IMG/VR virus record: IMGVR_UViG_3300028610_000244
Location: 33,869-97,868 of that record
Length of the DNA stretch: 64,000 bases
Source: a virus
Reading direction: 5' to 3' (one strand)
Part shown: piece by piece, positions 52,015 through 62,079 of the stretch
How positions within the stretch are numbered: position 1 is the first letter of the stretch
How the letters are laid out: each line of letters begins with the position of its first letter
The notes under the pieces: model-generated
The model's input: only the letters and a program-made list of their open reading frames with translations
What the model was told of the DNA's origin: nothing
Database searches by the model: none
Translations under genes and position numbers: made by a program

Positions 52015-52445
52015 GAGTCGGCTTCGTTGATCTCAGCACGGAAATACGAGATGGTGTCCGATGCCTTCTGGATGTCGGCAAACAGGTTGGGCTGAGCCCG
52101 GAGGACGGCTTCGACGTTGTCCTTGTTGAAGTCCAGCATCTGTTCGGCGTCATCGTCGTCTTTGGTGATAAGGTCTTTGGTGAAGCCCTTCCAATCAACG
52201 ATGATCGCCTGAGCGTATGCCTTGATGAAGAGGTCTCTCAGGATTTCATCATCCACGGATTCGGTCTGGATCGCTCTGCGGTGAGGTTTGGCGAGACGCT
52301 GCATCGTCTTGGCGAAATGCTTGTTGCTGCCGCCAGCACGGGCAATTCTTACTTCGACGCCGGGGGCGTAGACGATCCAGATACCGTCACGTTCCACCGC
52401 CGTGTCTGTCTCGAACATTCTACGTAGGGCATTCTTGTTACTCAT
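52005..52445 (-). CDS. Tail assembly chaperone (gpG-like)
   Basis: Between tail tube and tape measure; F.TD...E..G.W...IARAGG.N; ends G-N at the slippery site. Confidence 0.85.
   Translation of the reverse strand: MSNKNALRRMFETDTAVERDGIWIVYAPGVEVRIARAGGSNKHFAKTMQRLAKPHRRAIQTESVDDEILRDLFIKAYAQAIIVDWKGFTKDLITKDDDDAEQMLDFNKDNVEAVLRAQPNLFADIQKASDTISYFRAEINEADSGN
52008..52014 (-). promoter_or_regulatory. -1 programmed ribosomal frameshift site G GGA AAC
   Basis: X XXY YYZ heptamer immediately before the TGA stop, in the correct phase. Confidence 0.85.
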
Positions 52446-52506
52446 AGTCAGGTCTCCAATACAAAGTTTGGGTCCGGGGGACGTCCCGGACCCGTTGGTT
52501 GTTCGC

Positions 52507-54045
52507 TTATGCTTCTGCCGCGTCGGGGAGGTAATCCCAGAAGCACATCAGCAATGTGTGGTCGAAGCCCGAGATGGCTCCGGTGCCGATGGCTGCTTCC
52601 TGGCTCAGCGGAATTCTGATCGCTTCATTCTGGGCAACATCCAATCTTCCATCACCCAGGGACATCAGCGGAATGTCAACTGTGATGCCTGCGTTTTCTT
52701 TCACCAAGTGCATGTCCAGCGTGACATCAGAGTTATCCCTGATCGCCGCAATGGAGGGGACATCCACAAAGTAGGCTGTCAGGGAGCCGGTGACAACAAA
52801 GTTGCCGTGACTCGCATCGAACCCACCAAGTACGCCGATTGCCTTGTCCGGCGAGACGTTGTTGTTGACTGTGATAGTCATCTCCTCGGCGAATGCGAAC
52901 AGCGGCGTCGGATTCTCATCTGTGTCCGAGACGATTGCGAGGTTAATCAGCGGGACGTTAGACGACGTGTTGAACGCCGACTCTTCGGTCGCGGTGATTC
53001 TCGTACCTGATTTCACGCCGACGACACCAGTTCTGGTTTCGTGATCCATTGCAACGAATGCCAGATCAAGCATCGCTTTGTCGGCGGTGGGAATATTCAG
53101 GCTCAACTCATTCGGCACAGCACCGATGAGGTACTCGCTCTGAATCTCTGACGGCTGGCCGCTATCCGGAGCACCGAGCTGACGCTCGATGTTGTAGGTG
53201 CGTCTCACGATGCTGGTGCCGACTTCGTTCTTCAAGACGCGAGGCACGAAGACTCGGATCGTCTTGGTAGCACCGTCGTCTGTCACCATATCGGCCTGAG
53301 ACTTGTCGATGACGATTGCATTCGTGTCAATCGAGCGAACACGCATGAAGCCCATCCCGCTTGTGGCGAACTGCTCTGCGGCAATGTCACCGCCGACGTA
53401 GATGAACTCGCCTGGAACCAAGCCCAGCTCGTCCAGGTCTTTTGTGGTCGTGGTCAACTGCGGCAGGGAGCCGGTCATATCGACTTCGAGATCACCTGCT
53501 GCGAACTGGAAGCCAACCGCTACGAGTGTGGCAGTTGCCGGAGGAGTCTCGGCAACCAGTGTCTCAGAGACGGTCAACACGGTCGCGGTGGCAACAGTGA
53601 CTTCCTTGAGACCGTTATTGGCTGCGTTGGTGAAACCGGCAGCGAAGACAAGATCGCCAACCTCGTAGACGTCAAGCCCAGATGCGGCCGTGTAGGTCTC
53701 GGGGCCGGTCGTGACGCCGGTGATCTCGCTGGCACCACCGAACTCGGCTTTGACGCGAAGGTCCGCGAAGAAGAAACCCTGCAATAGGTCTTGCAGACCT
53801 GCCTGCACGAGATCGTGATTGACCGAACCCGCCGCGTCCAGGTCAGTTGTCTGGCCCTTACGGTTCTGTCGGTCAGTTCGGAACGGCATTCTTGAGACCT
53901 TGGAGATCGAGCCACCGAAGTCTGAAAAGCTGTTCACATCCAGAGGACGCCAAATAGGAGTACCCGGCAGTGTCTTGATGGACAGCTCCTCAGCGTATGC
54001 TGTCTCCACCACATTAGAGTTAATTTTATTCTGGTCTACTGCCAT
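52507..54045 (-). CDS. Major tail tube protein
   Basis: 512-aa acidic protein; RQ..KG..TDLDA.G, G.LTAYF; position before the chaperones. Confidence 0.85.
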   Translation of the reverse strand: MAVDQNKINSNVVETAYAEELSIKTLPGTPIWRPLDVNSFSDFGGSISKVSRMPFRTDRQNRKGQTTDLDAAGSVNHDLVQAGLQDLLQGFFFADLRVKAEFGGASEITGVTTGPETYTAASGLDVYEVGDLVFAAGFTNAANNGLKEVTVATATVLTVSETLVAETPPATATLVAVGFQFAAGDLEVDMTGSLPQLTTTTKDLDELGLVPGEFIYVGGDIAAEQFATSGMGFMRVRSIDTNAIVIDKSQADMVTDDGATKTIRVFVPRVLKNEVGTSIVRRTYNIERQLGAPDSGQPSEIQSEYLIGAVPNELSLNIPTADKAMLDLAFVAMDHETRTGVVGVKSGTRITATEESAFNTSSNVPLINLAIVSDTDENPTPLFAFAEEMTITVNNNVSPDKAIGVLGGFDASHGNFVVTGSLTAYFVDVPSIAAIRDNSDVTLDMHLVKENAGITVDIPLMSLGDGRLDVAQNEAIRIPLSQEAAIGTGAISGFDHTLLMCFWDYLPDAAEA

Positions 54046-54062
54046 TATATTGCTCCTTAATT

Positions 54063-54482
54063 TTAACGGATTAAATCATATTGAAACTCGGCTATCGCAT
54101 CCGAGCGAAACCAGCTACCATCTTCACCCACCTCAACTTCTGAGACATCCCCGATCCAGATGTCACCATCTGAAAATTTTCTCAAGGAATCTGCGAACGC
54201 CGCAGAAAGAACGTCACTATTCTGTAACCCATCATCTCTAGGTGTGTAAATTTCAATGAACACGAAACCACTCTGAGTGTGTTTACTCTTGGTGTCGGCA
54301 CGGCCGAGCGAGGCTCTTGTTCCATTCGCGTGCTTGACCGAGATACGAACCCACTTGACGCTCACGTCGTCCGGCACCTCTTTGGCAGTGTCGTCGTAGA
54401 TTGCATAGAGGGACTGTGCATCAACGACCGTTTTCAGCGGCGTCAGCATCCTGTCTCGAAAGTCTGTTCTTGATGCAATCAT
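54063..54482 (-). CDS. Tail terminator protein
   Basis: W.R.S..H.....SLG.......G.V.I.IYTP; W+......F.YD. Confidence 0.75.
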   Translation of the reverse strand: MIASRTDFRDRMLTPLKTVVDAQSLYAIYDDTAKEVPDDVSVKWVRISVKHANGTRASLGRADTKSKHTQSGFVFIEIYTPRDDGLQNSDVLSAAFADSLRKFSDGDIWIGDVSEVEVGEDGSWFRSDAIAEFQYDLIR

Positions 54483-54490
54483 TATCTCAC

Positions 54491-54519
54491 AGTGTACAAC
54501 ATTTTCGGACGTTTGTCAA
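54491..54519 (-). promoter_or_regulatory. sigma70 promoter, near-leaderless transcript
   Basis: TTGACA-N17-TACACT, 8 nt before ATG 54482. Confidence 0.7.
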
Positions 54520-54523
54520 GGGA

Positions 54524-54883
54524 TTATTGCCGCACTTGCAAAATGTAAAGGATAATATCGGACTTATGGCTAATTTTTTGAACATCGACAACATTCCAGG
54601 ACGAGGTGTCCAGTGAGTCCACGATCTTGGTGCCGGCCTCAATATCTATGACCTCATCCGGAATCACACATATTCGCTGATCGCCACGCTTGACATGATC
54701 GCCATCAATCTCATTGGCTTTGTAGAAAAAGAACACACCCATAGCGTTCGTCGGTGTGCCAGCCGCGTTCCCACGCCACGGCTTATTTGCATCGGACACG
54801 GCTCCAGGGACGGCGATGGTAAATGCCCGTCCCTCGTCCGCAATCAGTTCTTCAACCCACGCCCATTCTTCGGGAAGTGCCAT
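54524..54883 (-). CDS. Head closure / head-tail joining protein
   Basis: LI...GR...D..KPW.G...IDG..V..GD...Y.LQVR; start MALPE coupled to the upstream stop. Confidence 0.75.
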   Translation of the reverse strand: MALPEEWAWVEELIADEGRAFTIAVPGAVSDANKPWRGNAAGTPTNAMGVFFFYKANEIDGDHVKRGDQRICVIPDEVIDIEAGTKIVDSLDTSSWNVVDVQKISHKSDIILYILQVRQ

Positions 54884-55410
54884 TAGCCCCTCCCAAGTGT
54901 TCGCCGTGTTGACGCGAGCAACCTTGTTTTCTTCATCTTCCCATCGGCCACAGGATAGCCCAGCCATGCGTTTGAATTGGAGCCACCCTGGAAATACTCG
55001 GTTTCCTTTTCCAGCACAGCAACTTTCTTCCGGCTCATCTTGACTTTCAGTCCAGAGGTGTCAAGGTTGGGTGCTGCATAGAGTGAGCTTGCCAGGGCGG
55101 ACATCGCGTACTCAGCACAAGCCTCTTCCAGCTCGGCCGGGAATGGGTCCACTGTGAATCCAGTGCGGGGGTCATAGACCCCAGATCGCGGGCACTCGGT
55201 AGACTGATCTACGTCTTCCCGATCACCCGCGAACGTCCATCTGGAGTCCATGTAATCCGTTGCCCTGACTATCGCCTCCTCAATCTCCGTATCAGAGGAG
55301 GATGAATAACTACCGCCCCGGTCGTCGTGGTAGGCTTTGAAAACAACCACGCTTATGTAGGCGTTCGCCGTTGATAGCGGTGCGTCTGGGTCTTGTACTA
55401 CGAAAGCCAT
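54883..55410 (-). CDS. Head-tail adaptor
   Basis: AN.YISV...AY...RG......E.A+.RATDY.D...G......Q....PR...P..L..A..E.A. Confidence 0.8.
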   Translation of the reverse strand: MAFVVQDPDAPLSTANAYISVVVFKAYHDDRGGSYSSSSDTEIEEAIVRATDYMDSRWTFAGDREDVDQSTECPRSGVYDPRTGFTVDPFPAELEEACAEYAMSALASSLYAAPNLDTSGLKVKMSRKKVAVLEKETEYFQGGSNSNAWLGYPVADGKMKKTRLLASTRRTLGRG

Positions 55411-55907
55411 GTCACAATAACCTCAACGATTTCGGCCTTGGTGATTGTCGGATCGTCTGTCAGCGTCTGAATATCTTTGACTTTGGGTCTCGGAGTCTTC
55501 GAGTGCTGATCGACCCACTTCTCTTTTTCAATGCAGTTTACGGCCGCGATGATCTCAGCCTGTCTTGCATTCGGCACAGGAGGATCGGTCGCCTGCTCTT
55601 CCAGCTCTGCAACCTGTTCGGGGGTGCCGAGGTCATCTTCGCTGTCAGTGTTCTCCCGCGTCTGTTCGGGCTTCTCTGCTTCGACTGCTTCTTTCGCGGC
55701 CTCGGCTTCGGCTTTCAGAGTCTTGGCCGTGACCTCTTTGACGTCAACAGCATAACTCTTGGTGAAGTATTTGGTGACGCCCTCGACTTCGAGAGCAGAG
55801 CCGGTGAAGAGATGAACACCGTTAATGAATTGAATCTTGTTCAGCTTTTTTGTTTTGCCTTTGAGGCAACCTGTCAGGGTCATTCGGATTGTAATAGGTG
55901 CGGACAT
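55398..55907 (-). CDS. Hypothetical head-module protein
   Basis: LTG...GKT..L....F..G N-terminus; GGAG RBS. Confidence 0.65.
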   Translation of the reverse strand: MSAPITIRMTLTGCLKGKTKKLNKIQFINGVHLFTGSALEVEGVTKYFTKSYAVDVKEVTAKTLKAEAEAAKEAVEAEKPEQTRENTDSEDDLGTPEQVAELEEQATDPPVPNARQAEIIAAVNCIEKEKWVDQHSKTPRPKVKDIQTLTDDPTITKAEIVEVIVTWLS

Positions 55908-55926
55908 TGCATCTTCTCCAAAGAAT

Positions 55927-55960
55927 AAAAGAAAGAAGAGCCCAGGGACGTCCTGGGCTC
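55927..55960 (-). terminator. Intrinsic terminator
   Basis: GAGCCCAGG-ACGTC-CCTGGGCTC followed by TTCTTTCTTTT. Confidence 0.85.
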
Positions 55961-55971
55961 AAGGTTTCAGT

Positions 55972-56541
55972 TTAGTGGCCGCTGCCGATTTCGTACACGA
56001 CTTGCGGCGTCACGACGTCGTTCAGGTTCACCGACAAGGCGGCTCCACCAGCACCCTCATGGACGAGGGTATCATAGAACGCCGGGAAGTCAACCGTGGG
56101 ATCATCCCAGCCCGTGATCGGGGGCAAGAACTCAACCGTGACGGTGTGATCGCCCAGGGTGTCCGTGGTTTCCGCAATGGTCAACGCAGGCGTTGCGTAG
56201 GCAGCACCAGCAATCGAGCTGGTCGCATTCAATGCCGTGACCAGATCGCCACCGATGTCATCGAAGTCATCACCGGAGACGGCGGTGACAGTCACTGACT
56301 CGACCAGAGCACCAACCGTGTCGCTGATGGTAATCTTGGCACGCCAGCCAATGAGATCGACGCCTTCGGTTATAGCGGTGACGGTTGATCCCGCCCAAGC
56401 TTCGTCGCTGGGAAGGCCCAGATGAGCCTTCATCGTCAGCTTAGCTTCGGCTGCGGACTCTGCAACAACGATGCCGCCGTCCTTACCCTCTTTCAGGTAA
56501 GTCTTGGCGTTTTCGGACAAAGTAACATGAAAAAGTCCCAT
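55972..56541 (-). CDS. Virion structural protein (capsid decoration-like), paralog of 56605..57153
   Basis: Acidic and Ala/Thr-rich; shared L.IA...D..GD..VT and V.EG..GA.L.V segments. Confidence 0.7.
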   Translation of the reverse strand: MGLFHVTLSENAKTYLKEGKDGGIVVAESAAEAKLTMKAHLGLPSDEAWAGSTVTAITEGVDLIGWRAKITISDTVGALVESVTVTAVSGDDFDDIGGDLVTALNATSSIAGAAYATPALTIAETTDTLGDHTVTVEFLPPITGWDDPTVDFPAFYDTLVHEGAGGAALSVNLNDVVTPQVVYEIGSGH

Positions 56542-56604
56542 TCAAATTTCCTTTCTGTGCCACAATTATCAAGTTGGCACAACTCAGTTTCAGTTTTCGG
56601 TTTC

Positions 56605-57153
56605 TTACTTGTACGAGCCCAGGACTCGCGGGGTCGGACAGTCTGCCAGGATGTCAACCGTAAGGATGGCACCTGCGATACCTTCGTCCACGATGTTTGC
56701 GAAGAACAAAGCCGTCAGCACTTCGGCGTTGGGGCCGATAGCTGTAGCAGTGACAGCCATGTCACCTTTATTGTCCGCAATATCCGCGATCTCAAGTGTA
56801 CCCACCTTGCCGTGCGTGGCTTCGGGAGTCCAGGTCGAAGTGTTGTCCACCTCGCAAAGGATTTCCAACGCGGTTCCTACATCAGCCCAGGTGTCGCCAG
56901 CGAGGCCGGTGTGTGCGTAGACTTCGGGTGTTCCGCCAGGATCGACAGTGACCGTGAAGACAACGCCTTCCAGGTCTTGAAGCTGCTCGGTGATCGTAGC
57001 CTGATCCCAGACAGAATCCATGTCCTTAGTGGACACTGCCTTGACGGCAACCAATGCTTCGGCCGAAGAAGCTGCTTCAACCAGATGCTCAACTATACCA
57101 TCATGCACAATCGACTTGGCTGTGGCAGGTAGAGCGATTCTGTAAATACTCAT
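56605..57153 (-). CDS. Virion structural protein (capsid decoration-like)
   Basis: Follows the major capsid gene; paralog of 55972..56541. Confidence 0.7.
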   Translation of the reverse strand: MSIYRIALPATAKSIVHDGIVEHLVEAASSAEALVAVKAVSTKDMDSVWDQATITEQLQDLEGVVFTVTVDPGGTPEVYAHTGLAGDTWADVGTALEILCEVDNTSTWTPEATHGKVGTLEIADIADNKGDMAVTATAIGPNAEVLTALFFANIVDEGIAGAILTVDILADCPTPRVLGSYK

Positions 57154-57175
57154 TGATTCTCCTTCCAGAAGGAAG

Positions 57176-57208
57176 CAAAAAGAAGCGGGGGCCGGTTAAG
57201 GCCCCCGC
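57176..57208 (-). terminator. Intrinsic terminator after the major capsid gene
   Basis: GCGGGGGCC-TTAACC-GGCCCCCGC followed by TTCTTTTT. Confidence 0.9.
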
Positions 57209-57220
57209 ATCGGTTGCGGT

Positions 57221-58141
57221 TTAATTCAGGATGCCTTCGGCACCAGCCAAGCCAAGCTCACTGAACAAGGCCAAGCCACAGTACCACTTGACACGCCAGA
57301 TGTGCTCGTCCTTGGTCTCGCTCTCACCAACATCTACGACCTGGAGGCCGAAGGCGTTGGAGGCGGTCAGGCCCATCAGACCTGTCTTCATGTCGCCGTC
57401 ATCAAAAACGCCGGCGAAGATCGAGGTGCAGACGGCACCGGAGCCACCCTTGACCTGATCGGTCGGGAGCCAATCGTTCCTCAGAATCGGAACGCTGGAG
57501 TAGGCCGGCACGTTCTTGCCGCTGGGAAGCTCGTAAACTTCCTGCATGGTGACGCCACCCAAAGCACGGAGCAAGGTCTTGTAGGACCGGATCGTGCGGG
57601 CGTGCATGACGATGTAATCGACTTCGCCGTCTTTCGCTGTCACGAGGTCAAGCATCTCGTCCATGATCTCGAAGCTCAGGTTCGAGCCGCTGGCACCCGT
57701 GGTGGCGGTCTGACTTGCAGCCAACAGGTTGATGAGACCATTGAACTCATCAGAGGCACCCGTACCATTGACGAGCTGGTTCTGATAATTTCGGCCAGCA
57801 CTCTTGGCTTTGGACGCGATCTGGACGCCGGTCTGATCGTTGTCGCTGGAGCGAGTAGCCTGGATAAGGCCATCGACCTCGGCGTCACCGATGATCTTGG
57901 TCAGATTGCTTGTGACCTGGGTGAACGTTGCAGCCGCCTTCGCGGTGATAGTTCCACCAACGCCAATACTCTCGACGTCACCAAGGGCGTTCTCGCGGTT
58001 GTACGCCAGAGCGTTACCATTGATGCCCTCGAAAGGCAGCAACTGGAACATGTGATTGACGGTGATGACGGACTCAATGAGGCCGGCGATGAGGGTGTCC
58101 TGTGCCAGTTTTGCGGATTCAGCAAGTGTAACAGATGCCAT
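57221..58141 (-). CDS. Major capsid protein
   Basis: MASVTLAESAKL.Q..L..G.IE...LPF..I.GN...YNRE; EF.GL; RVKWYCGLA. Confidence 0.92.
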   Translation of the reverse strand: MASVTLAESAKLAQDTLIAGLIESVITVNHMFQLLPFEGINGNALAYNRENALGDVESIGVGGTITAKAAATFTQVTSNLTKIIGDAEVDGLIQATRSSDNDQTGVQIASKAKSAGRNYQNQLVNGTGASDEFNGLINLLAASQTATTGASGSNLSFEIMDEMLDLVTAKDGEVDYIVMHARTIRSYKTLLRALGGVTMQEVYELPSGKNVPAYSSVPILRNDWLPTDQVKGGSGAVCTSIFAGVFDDGDMKTGLMGLTASNAFGLQVVDVGESETKDEHIWRVKWYCGLALFSELGLAGAEGILN

Positions 58142-58254
58142 TTTTATTCTCCTTGACTATTCGGTTCGGTTCACGTTATCTTCGTAGCACGTCGAAGACC
58201 ATCGCGGTCCCGGCCAAGGCTCGCCCTTATGCCAAGTGCCATACTTACATTCGT

Positions 58255-58283
58255 ATTATAACATTATCGGACCCAGGAGTCAA
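58255..58283 (-). promoter_or_regulatory. Strong sigma70 promoter for the capsid gene
   Basis: TTGACT-N17-TATAAT with extended TG. Confidence 0.85.
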
Positions 58284-58324
58284 GCGGAAAATAAAATAAT
58301 TTGCTTGACTCCTGAGTCCCGATA

Positions 58325-59149
58325 CTATTTCCTCTGACTCTTGAGGCCCTCGCTGATCTTCTGAGCCGCGTTCATGTTCTTTGTTTTGTCGCCTCGACGT
58401 ACACTGGCGGGTCCGCTTGGAGCGGCTCCACCACCTTGTGCCGCTTGGTCTGACGGGAAGATTTGGCGAAGAGCTTTGTCCTTGGACATCTCCTCGAACA
58501 GCTCGTCCGTGTTCATCAACTCGCCGGCACGTTCGGGGCTTGTGGAATAGCGAGCCTCACCGGCCGCGTCAACCACTACGACACTGGGCTTCTCGTCCAC
58601 AAGAAGAACCTTCATCTGCTGGCGGGCAAACGGAGAGACCAGTTTGGGATTGAGGCCCTGCCAACCGGCACCGGCGTGCATGATTGAGGTTTCGATCATG
58701 TAGTTCTCAAGCTGACCCTGTCGGGTAGCGATCTCGCCGTCTTTGGTGGCTGTGAGTGCGGCCATCGCCTCGCTGTGATCTTTCTTGACGGCGGCGACAC
58801 GAATTGCGATGTCACTCTCGTTGCCGGATGCGTTCGCGGTCAGCTCTTCGACCTTGGTGTTGACACCGGCGACGATCTCGTCAATCGTTTGACCGTAATC
58901 AGACAACCCCGTCAGGTCTACTGCCTTGGAGTCCTTGGCGTCCTTGACTTCCTGTCTGACAGCTACCAGGGCTTTGTTCTGTCCCGTGATAACAGCAACG
59001 GCTGCGATGGTCTGAGCATCGCCTCTGAGGTTGTAGGTGACGGCACCGTCGTCGCCATCGGGTTCGATCTTCTCATAGAAGGCTCGGCAATTTTCCGGCA
59101 CCACGGTCAGCTCTTCAACGGTTCTGTTCTTTGTAAAATCAAATTTCAT
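58325..59149 (-). CDS. Capsid scaffolding protein
   Basis: Between portal and MCP; coiled-coil; F......GGG...; M...QKI..GL C-terminus. Confidence 0.75.
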   Translation of the reverse strand: MKFDFTKNRTVEELTVVPENCRAFYEKIEPDGDDGAVTYNLRGDAQTIAAVAVITGQNKALVAVRQEVKDAKDSKAVDLTGLSDYGQTIDEIVAGVNTKVEELTANASGNESDIAIRVAAVKKDHSEAMAALTATKDGEIATRQGQLENYMIETSIMHAGAGWQGLNPKLVSPFARQQMKVLLVDEKPSVVVVDAAGEARYSTSPERAGELMNTDELFEEMSKDKALRQIFPSDQAAQGGGAAPSGPASVRRGDKTKNMNAAQKISEGLKSQRK

Positions 59150-60575
59150 CAGTGTTCCTTTCAGGTTCTTTACTCTTGTCAGGGGTTCGGTTCGGCTTCT
59201 TGAAATTCACATTCTCTTCGTCTAACACGCCGCGACGTTGCAGCTCTTTCAGATATTCTTCTGTCGTCAGTCCTCCTTCTTTCCATGTTTCTAACAATGT
59301 TTGCAGCTCACTTGCTTCCGGTGACGTAAACTCTGTCGGAATGCGGGCCTTACCTGTGTGGTCCTTATTCATCCAGGCCGACATTATTTTCAGTGCAAAG
59401 TTTAAGGCATCATTGAAGCGAAACGCTACGTCTTGAAGAGGCGACGTCGCCTCGATTGAATCAAGTGCTCTTGCGGATGCGGCCTCACGATCAGGACGAT
59501 CTTTGGTGAACTCAGCACCATACGACTGCATCCGCTTTTCGAGATCATCCAAATCTGCCTTACCCGCAGAGATGGCGGCACCTTTGTGCTCGACATAGTA
59601 GAACCGGGCAGCGGGATCAGGTGTGTACAGCCACTCTTTAGGCCCAATGACCAGCTTACCTTCCTCGTCGTCGCCGCCCGAGACCGCGAGCATCGGGAAT
59701 CTGGCTACGGTGAGGATCGAAATCTGATCTGACATAGACTGCCAGTGGCGTATGTTCAGGTCCGCAAGATCATCAAGCGGGGACCGGCCCTGCATGAAGC
59801 CTGTGCGATCCGAGTAGAATGTCACGAGCGGAATGAAGTCGATGTCCATCCACCATGTTTCCACTACGCCCCAGTTCTGTTTTTCATCCTGCTGATAGAT
59901 ATCAACGCGAACCTTTGTAACAAAGTTAGGCTCTTCATCAGTTCCTATGTTGATTGCGTCAAGCTCAAGAACGCGAATCTGCGGAGTAACTACTTCCTCC
60001 CATTCATCCATGTGGGTGACTTGCTCCTCGATTCGGATATGCGTCAAGACTTCTCTGCCCTCGATCCTGGTGGCTAACGCGAAGATGACCTGCTCCGGAT
60101 GAATATGGACAAAGTAGGGCCTGATGTTCATTCGGTCATCATCCGCCAGCGTCCTGCCCATTGTTGGCACTTCCATGTGGGGGAACTCAACAAGTACGTG
60201 GCTGAATGCTTTGGCTACACCATCGCGGAACCAACGACGACTAAACACATCAAGATTATTGCCATCAAGATCGACGTCGTCCATCAGCGGCACAAGATGC
60301 TCGGAGAAATCTTCGGTGAATTGAATCTGGTTTGCGAACGGACGACCCACCCACATACGAAGAGTCAGGTCAACCATGTTGAACAGCACGTTACCCATGA
60401 TACGCTCATCGTAGTTTGTCACGGACTCATGCTCATGTTTTGGGGCCATGTCCTCGCCAGCTTCTCGCATAGGCTCGGTTCCACCGAGCAGTGTGCCCAT
60501 CTTCCACCAACGATTAGTCATCGCTTCATACGCTAAGCTCGGAGTCGCTACTGTTGCCTTTTCTTTTGCGGCCAT
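59139..60575 (-). CDS. Portal protein (DUF4055-like)
   Basis: LLGGT..MR.AG...P....ES...Y..R; RPY; PL.DLA.LN..HWQ..SD. Confidence 0.88.
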   Translation of the reverse strand: MAAKEKATVATPSLAYEAMTNRWWKMGTLLGGTEPMREAGEDMAPKHEHESVTNYDERIMGNVLFNMVDLTLRMWVGRPFANQIQFTEDFSEHLVPLMDDVDLDGNNLDVFSRRWFRDGVAKAFSHVLVEFPHMEVPTMGRTLADDDRMNIRPYFVHIHPEQVIFALATRIEGREVLTHIRIEEQVTHMDEWEEVVTPQIRVLELDAINIGTDEEPNFVTKVRVDIYQQDEKQNWGVVETWWMDIDFIPLVTFYSDRTGFMQGRSPLDDLADLNIRHWQSMSDQISILTVARFPMLAVSGGDDEEGKLVIGPKEWLYTPDPAARFYYVEHKGAAISAGKADLDDLEKRMQSYGAEFTKDRPDREAASARALDSIEATSPLQDVAFRFNDALNFALKIMSAWMNKDHTGKARIPTEFTSPEASELQTLLETWKEGGLTTEEYLKELQRRGVLDEENVNFKKPNRTPDKSKEPERNTDEI

Positions 60576-60576
60576 A

Positions 60577-62079
60577 TTACCACTTCCTTTGTGTGATTGT
60601 CTTCCTAGTCCATCTTAACCTGTATCGAGTCATGTCACCTGCGTGATCCTCGGTTTCGGTATTAACATCATCCAACTTCTTATCATCGCGTGACAGGTTC
60701 GGAACCGTCCTACGCCAATCTATGCAACGCTCACATATAAAAATGCCTTTATCTTCTCTGAGTCCATCATGCGGTATGGCTCCGGACAATAATGTTCTGA
60801 TCTGCTGCCAACCCTGCTCACGCGAGCCTGGAGATTTATCCACTGTATCCCAGTAGACACCTTCCTTCTTCATATCACCTGCATGAGTTTTCTTGCCATC
60901 ATACTTCGAGAAGATGGCGGTGTCGGCCGGACCTCTTTTGATCCTACCCCGGAGTCCCATGTCCTTCTCTTGCTCTCTAATCTGCCGAGCGATGTCTCGT
61001 GCCGGCATATTCAGGCCCTTATTATCATCACTGGTGCTGCCGTAGTATTCATTGAATAGGAAAAGATCGCCTCTGACCTCGCCGTATGGTTTGCCGAACA
61101 TTGTAATCGGATTGCCATTACTCTCAGCCCACCAACCCACCGAGAACGGTTTCGATAGGCCGTGATCGTAGGCACGATTCAGGAACCAGCCCGCTTTCCT
61201 AAGTAGGATATATGGGATATTTGGGATAATGTGTTTGCTCTCATCCCAAATGTCATCGAACATACCACCAGATGTAATGTCCCAGGAGCCGTCGATCCAT
61301 GCAGCAAGCTCGGCCTTGTTCCGGGCAGCGGCCCGCAGCGTCTGGACATAGTTGGGCTGAGCCAACAGCATGATCTTGTTCTCGTACAGACTGCTTCGGA
61401 TAGCGACTCGCGGACGTTCCTTTTCGTCTTCGGGCACGTCACGCAAGTCTTTGATGACCTTGCCGATCAGCATCCCATCAACCATCGGCAACTGGAACCG
61501 TTTCTTTACCCAGTTATGCCCAGGTCCGTATGGGTTCGTGGTGGCTCGGATGCGACAAAGCTTCGCCACGGCCGGATGACTTGACCGGCTCAGCGAAAAG
61601 AGCGGTGTGTAGCAATCTGAGTTCGGCCACGTAGTCAATTCTTCAAATCCAATCCACGGATAACTGTGCCCGTGATAGTTCCAATATTCGTTCGGCCGCA
61701 TGATGTGCCGAAACTTTAACGTCTCGCCGTCTGGGAATACCCAGGTCTTCGCTTGTTTGTTGTAGTCCGCCTTCGGCCATATTTTCTTGAACCACTTCAC
61801 TGACTTATTTATAATATCATCAAGTTCCGGGAATGTTCTCCGGAACAGAATTCCTTTCCACTCTTCACCGTAGCCTTTGCCGACGTTTTGTGCATAGTCC
61901 ATCAACAGCGTGTCTGTCTTGCCGCCGCCTCGGTTGCCTGCGAGCAGTGTCTCAAAGATCGGACACCGCAGCAAAGCCTCTTGGCTTCCAGGTTGCGGAG
62001 CCCAGACGACCGGCGTACCGTCGATGTACGCGGTCAGCATCCCCGTCTCGTTCAGTCTCCATTCAACTTTTTCAGCCAT
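60577..62079 (-). CDS. terL: Terminase large subunit
   Basis: PQPGSQ, GNRGGGKT, FEELT, TTNPYGPGH.WVK; nuclease YDHG, ADTAIF, EDHAGD..RY. Confidence 0.95.
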   Translation of the reverse strand: MAEKVEWRLNETGMLTAYIDGTPVVWAPQPGSQEALLRCPIFETLLAGNRGGGKTDTLLMDYAQNVGKGYGEEWKGILFRRTFPELDDIINKSVKWFKKIWPKADYNKQAKTWVFPDGETLKFRHIMRPNEYWNYHGHSYPWIGFEELTTWPNSDCYTPLFSLSRSSHPAVAKLCRIRATTNPYGPGHNWVKKRFQLPMVDGMLIGKVIKDLRDVPEDEKERPRVAIRSSLYENKIMLLAQPNYVQTLRAAARNKAELAAWIDGSWDITSGGMFDDIWDESKHIIPNIPYILLRKAGWFLNRAYDHGLSKPFSVGWWAESNGNPITMFGKPYGEVRGDLFLFNEYYGSTSDDNKGLNMPARDIARQIREQEKDMGLRGRIKRGPADTAIFSKYDGKKTHAGDMKKEGVYWDTVDKSPGSREQGWQQIRTLLSGAIPHDGLREDKGIFICERCIDWRRTVPNLSRDDKKLDDVNTETEDHAGDMTRYRLRWTRKTITQRKW

